Shown: in pieces, positions 1 through 6,948 of the stretch | How the letters are laid out: every line of letters begins with the position of its first letter | Position numbering within the stretch: the first letter of the stretch is position 1 | The notes under the pieces: model-generated | Database searches by the model: none | Seen by the model: only the letters and a program-made list of their open reading frames with translations | Told to the model about the DNA's origin: nothing | Program-made: the position numbers and the translations under genes | Assembly: GCA_047651235.1 (NCBI GenBank) | Contig: CP178758.1 | Coordinates: 2,040,001 to 2,072,000 of the forward strand | Source: Candidatus Electrothrix yaqonensis | GTDB taxonomy: Bacteria > Desulfobacterota > Desulfobulbia > Desulfobulbales > Desulfobulbaceae | Direction of reading: 5' to 3' | Length of the DNA: 32,000 nucleotides

Positions 1-99
1 AGTTCGACTACTGTGTTCATAGGGATATTGTAATCCATTGGATTACTCTTGACAAGAGGGGGAGGTGCCTTGGCGTAAAAAAGGTCAGTGAGAGGAACG

Positions 100-362
100 C
101 GGCGTTATGTCGATTTTCCCGCCGTGACCTCTCTTTCTGCACGGTTCCCGTGTCCGCCAATGCAACCCGGCAGGACTCTGATTGGGATTTTCTGATCATT
201 GCTTATCATCCGTTGGACAGAGAGATCATAACAAAGCTGAAGGATGGGCTGTATGATATTGAACTGGAAAGTAATGAGGTGGTGAGCAGTATTATACAGA
301 GTAGGCAGGAGTGGTCTTCGCCTGAATACGATGCGTTGCCGTTCAAGAAGGCGGTGGAGAGA
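100..362 (+). pseudogene. Degraded paralog of the 12166..12510 small nucleotidyltransferase (MNT-like) gene
   Basis: 171-362 aligns without gaps to 12304-12495, with 13 mismatches in 192 nt by hand count. The upstream part needs a 1-nt frameshift (cgccaatgcaacccgg here, cgcaaggaagcccgg in the intact copy) and crosses a stop. The 3' end is cut at ~362, where the convergent 377..685 gene ends. Confidence 0.6.
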
Positions 363-376
363 AATTTATCTTGTAT

Positions 377-685
377 TCAGGAATCCTGGATCAGAATTCC
401 GTTTTTCATTATTTCTTTCAGAAAACCGCCTTGATCATGTTTCGTTTCGAGAAGAACCGGTTCAATTCTGTCGTCCACTTCTCTCCTGATCTTCCAGAGC
501 AGCGGTCTTGTGGAAAAATAATCTCCCTCCATTTCATCAACTATTATGGCGACATCTACATCGCTGTCTTCCCGTTGAGTTCCCCGCGCATAAGAGCCGA
601 ACAGCATCATTTTATCAAATGCCATATATTGTGACAGGAGACGCTTGTATTGTACCAGTTTTCTTATAACCTCTTCTTTATCCAT
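377..685 (-). CDS. Minimal nucleotidyltransferase (MNT-type antitoxin-like) protein
   Basis: 102-aa ORF with the NTase signature GSYARGTQREDSDVDV (GSxxRG...DxD). It overlaps the upstream HEPN ORF by 22 nt, which suggests a coupled pair. Confidence 0.8.
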   Translation of the reverse strand: MDKEEVIRKLVQYKRLLSQYMAFDKMMLFGSYARGTQREDSDVDVAIIVDEMEGDYFSTRPLLWKIRREVDDRIEPVLLETKHDQGGFLKEIMKNGILIQDS

Positions 686-1071
686 TGTTGCAGTTCCTTT
701 GCATTTTCAAGTATCTCTTTACAGCGTTCTTCCGTTAAACTTCTCATCAGCTGCTCTTTGTACGTCGGGTATCTGCACTCAATATTCATCGGTTCGAGCA
801 TGTCGATAAAAAGTTTCTGGTTCTCTGAAAAAGTATCATAAATTTCCGCTTTCTTTGCGAGGTAAGACAAACTGTGGGAAAAAGGGGCCGGTTTGCCGTT
901 GCCTTTCACGTAGCAGGCCTTGAGTATCTTTTCAACGGACTGGTGGGCCATGAAGCCGACATAGAGATACCGCTTACTCTTCAGCATAGCTTGGGCTGTT
1001 TCAATATCATATTCTGATAATTCAACCCAGTATTGTACTTGATCAGTCATCTCATTATAACATTTCTTCAT
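664..1071 (-). CDS. HEPN domain protein (toxin-like partner of the MNT)
   Basis: 135-aa helical ORF with the pattern typical of HEPN partners of small NTases (AHQSVEKILKA ... ECRYP). It sits immediately upstream of, and overlaps, the NTase gene. The real start may be the internal Met at 1050 (MTDQVQYW...). Confidence 0.7.
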   Translation of the reverse strand: MKKCYNEMTDQVQYWVELSEYDIETAQAMLKSKRYLYVGFMAHQSVEKILKACYVKGNGKPAPFSHSLSYLAKKAEIYDTFSENQKLFIDMLEPMNIECRYPTYKEQLMRSLTEERCKEILENAKELQQWIKKRL

Positions 1072-1385
1072 GAGTAATGGGGTCGTCGGACTGAGTTTTC
1101 CCTTCTGCGGAAAATTTCTTTTTTTGTTTTATAGCTGGAGCAGTATAAACTGAATACAGGATCAGCTATCTGAAAGGCGTGAAGGCAAAACTTATGCCTC
1201 TTGTGGGCATATTCAAATTATGTTGCTCCAGCTATATCCCCTTACAATCGTATTATTCTCAGTATATTCAATTTTTCACGAAATTTCAACGGTTACAGTT
1301 TAGTGGATTGAGCATTTGCCTGATGAGGTGCTTTTGTTCCGCAGACGCAACCGAAGAAAAGACGGCTCGAAGTGTTCCGAAATAA

Positions 1386-1559
1386 ATCAGCGAGGTCGGG
1401 TTCACCGCCCTTCCTGTCGGTCCTGATCATGCTCGGCCTGCCGGGGAATGGGAAACGGAGCACCGCGATTCTTTTGATCGGATGCCTGCGGCGCAGGCGA
1501 AACTGGAAAATGTCGTTCCCGCAGGCGTTGACAAAGAATTGAGGCGATTTCCTGTGTAG
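1386..1559 (+). pseudogene. C-terminal remnant of a PIN-domain (VapC-like) toxin
   Basis: The frame reads ISEVGFTALPVGPDHARPAGEWETEHRDSFDRMPAAQAKLENVVPAGVDKELRRFPV*. This matches the C-terminal PIN signature (GF..LP...HA......HRDPFDR.L.AQA......T.D..L..YPV). The upstream frame is broken by stops and has no intact N-terminus. Confidence 0.45.
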
Positions 1560-1809
1560 ATTATGAGGGAATAAATGAGGGCAACAGGCGGGTGGCCGAT
1601 GCCCGGTACAATGCGTTATGGGTTGTGCAAGGTTTCCGGGGAGTGGGGCTTGATAGCGGCACATGGCTCGGTATGATGAGGGGGGAATGTGTAAGCAGGA
1701 AAGGTGATCTGACCCCGGTTTATGCTACGCTTGTATTCTGCTTGTTTTTTTGAATCCGATACGGTAATTTATTTAAGTTTATTAACCCAATTTATAAAAT
1801 TTATCCATT

Positions 1810-2223
1810 TTGAACACCATGTCACTAGAAAAACAGATAAGATTAGGAAGTGCTGTCCTGATAATAGACGACAATCGTATTCTGCTGGGCAAACGTAATA
1901 AGGAACCAGAGTTTGGCAAGTGGGTTTTACCGGGAGGGAAGATTGAATTCGGTGAAACCCACGAACAAGCTGCTATACGGGAAGCCAAAGAAGAATTGGG
2001 TGTTGATATTGAACCTCAAGGTCTGGCAGGGAAAGGTATATACTACATAATGGGGCAAAATAAACAACGTATAATTGTTTACAATCTCGCAAGGCTTACT
2101 GGAGGAGAGCTGCATCCGTCTTCCGATATTAGCGAGGCTAATTTTTTTTCAAAAAACGAATTATTACAAATTGATATTACGGATATTGTCAAAGAGGTTT
2201 TGTTGGATACTGGCTGGATTTGA
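1810..2223 (+). CDS. Nudix hydrolase
   Basis: Complete Nudix box GGKIEFGETHEQAAIREAKEELGV (Gx5Ex7REUxEExGU). The ORF-track start is a TTG, and the likely ATG start is at 1819 (MSLEKQ...). Confidence 0.85.
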   Translation: MNTMSLEKQIRLGSAVLIIDDNRILLGKRNKEPEFGKWVLPGGKIEFGETHEQAAIREAKEELGVDIEPQGLAGKGIYYIMGQNKQRIIVYNLARLTGGELHPSSDISEANFFSKNELLQIDITDIVKEVLLDTGWI

Positions 2224-3062
2224 ATGTCATGGACTTGTCTCATAAAAAGTCTATTTTTTGGTTAATTGTTGCCGCACTGACAGGATTTGCGCTCGCATTT
2301 TATTTTTGGTCCTGTCAGGTCAATGCAGAACCTATTAATTTCCCTTCGTTTATTTTTGTTGGCCTTTCGGGCGTGATTTGCTCTTTGCTTGCTTCTTACT
2401 TGGCATTATCTATTTTATCTCCAGACCATCAGTGCGCGAGGAAAGAATTCAATGAAATCTTAGCCACTGGCATTAACCAATATCTTGCCGATCAGGAGTC
2501 TATGCGAAGTAAAGATTGGGCAACGTTTATATCTGACACTCATAGAGACAGTGAAATTTATATAATTGGAACTGCTAATTCTGAATGGTTAAGAAATGAT
2601 AGATGCAAGAAGGCAATTATTGATGTCGTTACGAAAAAGAATATAACGATTTATGTTTATTTTTTGGATCCGGAGTCGTCATGGGCTGAGGCGAGAGAAG
2701 AAAATGATAAGGATAATAAGTTTGGCAAAACAAAAGAACGAATTAAAAATTCCATTGAAAAATTCAAGGAACTTGCGAGTGAGAATAATAGCAAAGGAAA
2801 AGGAAACATTATATTGCGACAATATGATGCTATGCCGAGTACAGGTATCATAACAAATGGAAGCAGAATTTTTATAAAACATTACCTGACATCAACTTCA
2901 AATAACAGAACGCCTATCGCTGCTTTCAATGTTCCAACAATGAGAAAGAGGTGGAGATTGTCTATTGATTCTATCGAAGGTTGCGATGAATATGTAGAAA
3001 AGTATTTTTTAGACCTGTACGATCTTGTTACTAAGTTCAGAGATAACCTGCCAGTAAGTTGA
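2220..3062 (+). CDS. Membrane protein with 2 N-terminal TM helices and a ~190-aa soluble domain of unknown function
   Basis: Hydrophobic segments SIFWLIVAALTGFALAFYFW and FIFVGLSGVICSLLASYLALSIL. Its start overlaps or abuts the Nudix stop (TTGA at 2220-2223, with an in-frame ATG at 2229). The soluble part shows an alternating strand/helix pattern (EIYIIGT..., ITIYVYFLDPES, NIILRQYD..., RIFIKHYL). No catalytic motif was recognised. Confidence 0.7.
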   Translation: MNVMDLSHKKSIFWLIVAALTGFALAFYFWSCQVNAEPINFPSFIFVGLSGVICSLLASYLALSILSPDHQCARKEFNEILATGINQYLADQESMRSKDWATFISDTHRDSEIYIIGTANSEWLRNDRCKKAIIDVVTKKNITIYVYFLDPESSWAEAREENDKDNKFGKTKERIKNSIEKFKELASENNSKGKGNIILRQYDAMPSTGIITNGSRIFIKHYLTSTSNNRTPIAAFNVPTMRKRWRLSIDSIEGCDEYVEKYFLDLYDLVTKFRDNLPVS

Positions 3063-3083
3063 TAGCTTCAAAGAGAGAAAAGA

Positions 3084-3761
3084 ATGAATAGTAAATGTGG
3101 AGTCTGCGCAGACATAAAAGATATATATAGTGATAACTTGTCACCACTTTCGCTTTCTTGGAGGATCATTAAAGAAACAAAGAATTTTATTGTCACACCA
3201 TCACTTGGGTCAATAGTGGACGGGTATATAGTAATTTGGCCAAAAAAGCATATTTTGAGCATGAAGAACTTGGTTGATGAAGAATTGTACGACTTGATAA
3301 GAATAGTAGAATATTTCAACAACATAATGAAAGAAAAATATGGAAAACAAATAGTTGTTTTTGAACACGGCCAGATTGAAGGATGTAGCGAGGTAGGATG
3401 TGGTGTTAATCATGCCCATATTCATATGGTAGCATTAGATGATGCGAAATTATTTCTGAATAAATCGGAATCTATCTACTTTACTATGAAAGAATATCCA
3501 TCTTACAAAGATTTTTATCAAGACAATTATTGTCCCGAAACAGACTATATGCTAATTTCATCAACTAGTTTTGAGAGTACGAAAGTTTTATCTTATGGTA
3601 ACTCCAGGGTTTCACAAGCGTTACGGAAGATATTGGCGGAATGTTGTGGGCAGAGTCAAAATTGGAACTGGCGAGAGGAGATGGCGATCCCAAAAGCTCT
3701 TAATACTATGAATATATTAAGAGGCGAAGAGTGCCTGGAGAAATCACTTGATTTGGCTTGA
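3084..3761 (+). CDS. HIT (histidine triad) family nucleotide hydrolase/transferase with a C-terminal extension
   Basis: N-terminal CGVC, then GYIVIWPKKH, then the histidine triad NHAHIHMV (HxHxHxx). The protein is 225 aa, about 100 aa longer than minimal HIT proteins. Confidence 0.8.
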   Translation: MNSKCGVCADIKDIYSDNLSPLSLSWRIIKETKNFIVTPSLGSIVDGYIVIWPKKHILSMKNLVDEELYDLIRIVEYFNNIMKEKYGKQIVVFEHGQIEGCSEVGCGVNHAHIHMVALDDAKLFLNKSESIYFTMKEYPSYKDFYQDNYCPETDYMLISSTSFESTKVLSYGNSRVSQALRKILAECCGQSQNWNWREEMAIPKALNTMNILRGEECLEKSLDLA

Positions 3762-4649
3762 AAATTTTCTTTCTGGCCAAGTTATATCCCAGAATATTAA
3801 TCGATGTATAGAATGAATATATCCGCAAGAGACTACAAAAGGATAGTCAACCTTAGTTAATTTTGATAAGTCAGATACTGTCTGCTTCAGGTATGAGAAG
3901 AGAAGCCGTATTTTCTTGTCTGAAATAGCAGTGTATTGATTTTCATTTCTTGTCAATAAATCAAACCCATGCTCTAATAAGTATTTTTTTGTTTGATATA
4001 TCCTAGTTGTATCATCCTGTTTCGAAAATACAATTTTGTTGTTCTTTTCTATATTAGATGCTATTTTTAAATATCTCCATTCAACACTCTTTCTGTATAT
4101 ATTTGTATTGTTAGCGTTTATCTTCCGCTTAATGATCCTGCCACTTCCAATATCCATACTAATAACTTCATGTGGGGATTGATCCCCTCTTTGCAGGTCA
4201 CTTGCATCAAAACCAGGGCCAACAATTTCAAATAATATATCATCCCGATTAAACAAACAGTTTATGCTGTAGATGTTATGCAGACAATTAGCTGGTTCAA
4301 GCCAAAATACAATTCTATTTTGCTCTATATACCTTTTTGTTTCTTGTTCAATATTTTCATGTTCAACGAGATATCCACCACGCGGATAAGGAGGCTTTTC
4401 TGGATTTTTATCATGTCTTAGCAGAAGACGGGTGAATCCATATCGTTTGGTGAAATACTCCACTTTTTCCAGAGAATATTCGGACCATTTTGTAATGATA
4501 ATACCGTTTAAAGTTGGAAAGTTTATTTTTCTCAAGAATAAGATGCTCAAAAACTTATTAAAACCGATCAAATCAGCTATTGCTTCATCAAGATCATCTT
4601 GATTGCCGTCAATCATATATGCATCTTTTAACATCATAGGATTATTCAA
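3744..4649 (-). CDS. Hypothetical 301-aa protein with a weak ATP-grasp / PEP-utilising N-terminal-like resemblance
   Basis: Long AT-rich ORF, convergent with the HIT gene and overlapping it by 18 nt. The only resemblance I can offer from memory is the segment LLLRHD...IVFWLEPAN...FEIVGPGFDASDLQRGDQSPHEV, which recalls PPDK_N-type ATP-grasp proteins. The confidence applies to the ORF being a real CDS. The functional call is weak, about 0.25. Confidence 0.6.
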   Translation of the reverse strand: MNNPMMLKDAYMIDGNQDDLDEAIADLIGFNKFLSILFLRKINFPTLNGIIITKWSEYSLEKVEYFTKRYGFTRLLLRHDKNPEKPPYPRGGYLVEHENIEQETKRYIEQNRIVFWLEPANCLHNIYSINCLFNRDDILFEIVGPGFDASDLQRGDQSPHEVISMDIGSGRIIKRKINANNTNIYRKSVEWRYLKIASNIEKNNKIVFSKQDDTTRIYQTKKYLLEHGFDLLTRNENQYTAISDKKIRLLFSYLKQTVSDLSKLTKVDYPFVVSCGYIHSIHRLIFWDITWPERKFSSQIK

Positions 4650-4748
4650 GGTGTATTTTCATTTTTTATATTTTTACTTGAAAGGATACAGTGTAACTAA
4701 ACAATTTTAGCTTTTACTACAGGTTACCATAATTCTTATCTGATCCTC

Positions 4749-4835
4749 CTACACCCAGTAATACAACACCGGCACGACAGAAACAGTCAAGATGGCGATG
4801 ACCATGCCCACCGAAAATGACGAAGAGGATCTTCA
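4749..4835 (-). repeat. RND pump 3'-end copy 4 (most diverged)
   Basis: The minus-strand frame reads ...SFSVGMVIAILTVSVVPVLYYWV* (TAG at 4749-4751). The intact C-terminus is ...PSFGGMIIAMLTVFVVPVLYCWVEEGRIR*. Confidence 0.7.
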
Positions 4836-5041
4836 GGTTCGCTTTCTCCGCTCCTTTATTTCAGTTACAATATCATCCAGACTCATCTTATCAAACTTTT
4901 TTTTCTCTCTTCCGTGTAGTCACCGAATCCGGTCGTGAACTGATTCAGAAAACGTATTGTGTCCGCCGTTCCGAGCCTGCTGCTTAACAGAGCAATAGCT
5001 TTGATATTTATATCGTTCAACGTTGTCGCCGTAGCACTCAT
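4833..5041 (-). pseudogene. Small antitoxin-like ORF interrupted at an A8 homopolymer
   Basis: The ATG at 5041 overlaps the stop of the upstream PIN remnant (ATGA). It reads MSATATTLNDINIKAIALLSSRLGTADTIRFLNQFTTGFGDYTEERKK, then stops at 4883. With 9 A instead of 8 at ~4894-4901, the frame would continue KKFDKMSLDDIVTEIKERRKRT* to 4833. Confidence 0.45.
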
Positions 5042-5228
5042 TTTTCCATCTCCTGTAACAGTTCAAGGATTGAAACAGTCCTGACTCCGAGATCGTCTAT
5101 CCTCTTCGCTTTTTTCAGAAAGTTGTCATCGCAGGTGCAGAAGAAATCAGCTTTCAGCATTTCCGCCGAGGCAAGATGCAGGGCATCAATCGGTCGCTGA
5201 ATGCAGCAGCAAGATATATTTTCATCAT
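5038..5228 (-). pseudogene. Decayed PIN-domain toxin gene
   Basis: The N-terminal piece MMKIYL... is frameshifted relative to the copy at ~11180 (MMKIYLDNCCI). The C-terminal frame PIDALHLASAEMLKADFFCTCDDNFLKKAKRIDDLGVRTVSILELLQEMEK* is PIN-like. The middle of the gene is missing. Confidence 0.5.
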
Positions 5229-5279
5229 GATCTCAGTATACAGTAATCACTCCATGCAGGTAAAGAGGCAAATCTGGAC

Positions 5280-5355
5280 TCATCCCGTTTTTTTCTCCTC
5301 CACCCAACAATACAACACAGGCACCACAAACACAGTCAGCATCGCAATAAGCATC
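5280..5355 (-). repeat. RND pump 3'-end copy 3
   Basis: ...MLIAMLTVFVVPVLYCWVEEKKTG* (TGA at 5280-5282). It has 3 mismatches in ~58 nt to 15850-15910. The flank 5199-5279 is shared with 11147-11232. Confidence 0.8.
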
Positions 5356-5364
5356 TTCTGAAAA

Positions 5365-5655
5365 ATGTATGAAAACTATGTTTTTACCGTGCCGGAGCAG
5401 AATGCGGATCTTCTTACATCCAACCATTTCTACCGGACCCAGGCCAAGACGGAAATTGATTTTATCACGGTCAGAGAACAGCAGTGTCGGCTGATTGAAG
5501 TGAAGGCGGGAATCTTTGACCGACCGGTCAAGGCGATGAGTGCTTTTGAGAAGAAATATCAGGGGCAATTTGCCGAAATCAGCAAGACTGTTGTCAACAG
5601 GTCGTGTCTTGCCCGGAAGAAAGGGTTTCGTTTTCTTCCGGCATGGTTATTGTGA
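5365..5655 (+). pseudogene. 3' fragment of an AAA+ ATPase gene (DUF4143-type C-terminus)
   Basis: YENYVFTV...HFYRTQAKTEIDFITV...RLIEVKAG matches the C-terminal fENfv...ywRt..g.EvDfv...iEvK signature of DUF4143 ATPases. The ATPase domain is absent, and the fragment begins right at the 5355 junction. Confidence 0.55.
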
Positions 5656-5816
5656 AAATGAACACAGCGGCATTCTTCTGAGGCTGATAGAAAAATACGC
5701 TGACCTGCCTATGGACTTGGCGAACACATGGGGTTCGCCCCTACTTCATTGTATTGATGAGTTTGTCGATATCCACAGATGGGTCGACAACAGGATGTAA
5801 TTGTTCTCTCAGGCCC

Positions 5817-5972
5817 TTAAACTCTTGCAGGGCAACCAAAACCTTCTTGCCCCTTGCTGGATCCGACTGTTTTAGAGCCTTTTTTTGTATGTTTGTCAAC
5901 GAGATATTCATAGAAGCCGAACAGCTCTCTTTTTGCGGCCTCGGGTAATATTTCCATGTTTAATTCTTTCAT
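5817..5972 (-). CDS. Small DUF2281-like (antitoxin-like) protein
   Basis: AGGAG lies 6 nt upstream of the ATG at 5972. The product reads MKELNMEILPEAAKRELFGFYEYLVDKHTKK.... The LPE..K.E...F.EFL pattern resembles DUF2281 proteins. Confidence 0.45.
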   Translation of the reverse strand: MKELNMEILPEAAKRELFGFYEYLVDKHTKKGSKTVGSSKGQEGFGCPARV

Positions 5973-6023
5973 AATCATCTCCTGACCCTGCATTTCAACG
6001 TTCTGGAAATATTTAGTATGTTC

Positions 6024-6052
6024 AGTATATTCAAATTCTCCCGGAAGCACAA
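6024..6052 (-). promoter_or_regulatory. Sigma70-like promoter (TTGTGC-17 nt-TATACT) reading toward the DUF2281-like gene
   Basis: The minus strand reads ttgtgc ttccgggagaatttgaa tatact. It is part of a 33-nt module repeated in inverted orientation at 9345-9377. Confidence 0.4.
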
Positions 6053-6298
6053 CCGTTGTGGTGGAACAGGGGATGCGGGTGGTTGCGGGGCGGCAGACGG
6101 TGGGATGGGGGAACGAGTTGCGATTATTTCTTTTTTTTGGGGGATTTGGTATTTGTCGGGGATAATTGAAGAGGATGGAGGGGGACAGCCCTTCGGGGGA
6201 AGGGCCGGGTTTATTGCATTCTTGGGCTTTATGTTCACGGTACCGGTGGGCATTGGAGGAGGTGATAAACGAGTTTGCTTAATTGGGCTCTGACCCCT

Positions 6299-6391
6299 AA
6301 TTACTCGTTCGGAAAGTTCTGAGCGCTGAATTTCCCGGCGGACAGCCGGGGTTGTACGCGCTCTTTTGTGCAGACCGGTGACATAGGAAAC
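6299..6391 (-). mobile_element. N-terminal fragment of an IS481-like transposase
   Basis: The frame reads VSYVTGLHKRARTTPAVRREIQRSELSERVI, like the HKNARTTP..R..I HTH N-terminus of IS481-family transposases. It breaks off at the GGGGTCAGAG motif (6280-6304). Confidence 0.4.
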
Positions 6392-6577
6392 CGGCAGGCC
6401 GAAGCCTCCCGCACAGCCCACCCAAAGGAAAAAGCACGCCATGCACTGGACATAAAAATACCGCCGGTTAATAAGTAAAAAAGGCGGTTGTCCGCCTATG
6501 TCTTTCGGGTTTCCAAGCCCGGCCCACGGATTTTGCCGTGGACGAAAATAAGGTACAGGGAAGGGGTGGGGGTGTCA

Positions 6578-6606
6578 ATAAAAAAGCCCCGGTGGTGGCC
6601 GGGGCT
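6578..6606 (-). terminator. Rho-independent terminator downstream of the 74-aa peptide gene
   Basis: The minus strand reads AGCCCCGG-CCACCA-CCGGGGCT followed by TTTTTATT. Confidence 0.7.
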
Positions 6607-6665
6607 GTGCAGGTTCTGTTATTGTTGGGATTCGTTTCTCATCCCAACTTACCGTGCCTTCAATA

Positions 6666-6890
6666 TTAGCGATTCAGGACTGGGTTCCTAAGAACTTCGG
6701 CCGGATTTTCCATTCCGCCGCAACCATCGCCGAAACACGATCCAGCACCAGCAATTTTCACCGCAATCGCTTCTATCATTTCCTCCTTAATTCCTTTTTG
6801 TTGCAAACCCTCTACGAGAGCACCGAGCATCTCTGCTTGATCTTTGCCAATTTCCTTAGCCGTAACTTCTCTCATTACCAATCTAGGCAT
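6666..6890 (-). CDS. 74-aa Cys-containing small protein, candidate RiPP precursor
   Basis: Strong SD (AGGAGG, 8 nt before the ATG at 6890). It has a helical, charged N-terminal two thirds ending ...AVKIAGAG, followed by SCFGDGCGGMENPAEVLRNPVLNR. It lies immediately downstream of the rSAM/SPASM gene on the same strand and is followed by a terminator. Confidence 0.6.
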   Translation of the reverse strand: MPRLVMREVTAKEIGKDQAEMLGALVEGLQQKGIKEEMIEAIAVKIAGAGSCFGDGCGGMENPAEVLRNPVLNR

Positions 6891-6918
6891 ATCAATTACC
6901 TCCTTTAAATTTATATTT

Positions 6919-6942
6919 AGTAAGTACCTTATTATACTTACT
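6919..6942. other. Perfect 8-bp-stem hairpin between the rSAM gene and the peptide gene
   Basis: agtaagta-ccttatta-tacttact. It sits at the AT-rich to GC-normal composition switch. Confidence 0.5.
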
Positions 6943-6948
6943 TTCTGC

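Larger units (their letters stand above)
1740..4748. other. AT-rich, compositionally foreign block (four-gene cassette)
   Basis: G+C drops visibly relative to both flanks. The right edge abuts the stop codon (4749-4751) of the most diverged RND 3'-end copy. Confidence 0.7.

Noticed and set aside
1293-1664. 123-aa minus-strand ORF.
   Set aside because: It is antisense to the PIN remnant, Pro/Arg/Cys-rich, and has no SD or motifs.
1380-1740. GC-rich non-coding-looking stretch with a GCCTGCG-GC-GCAGGC palindrome, considered as a structured RNA (group II intron domain V/VI, riboswitch, tmRNA or RNase P).
   Set aside because: No conserved RNA signature could be matched by eye. A candidate domain-V-like hairpin does not pair. 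One frame reads convincingly as a PIN-toxin C-terminus, so a decayed gene explains most of it. The 1560-1740 part remains unexplained.
5975-6442. 155-aa proline-rich ORF on the minus strand.
   Set aside because: It is a composite read-through. It spans an IS481-like transposase N-terminal fragment, a GGGGTCAGAG breakpoint and a C-rich non-coding tract. It has no SD and its character changes abruptly at ~6299.
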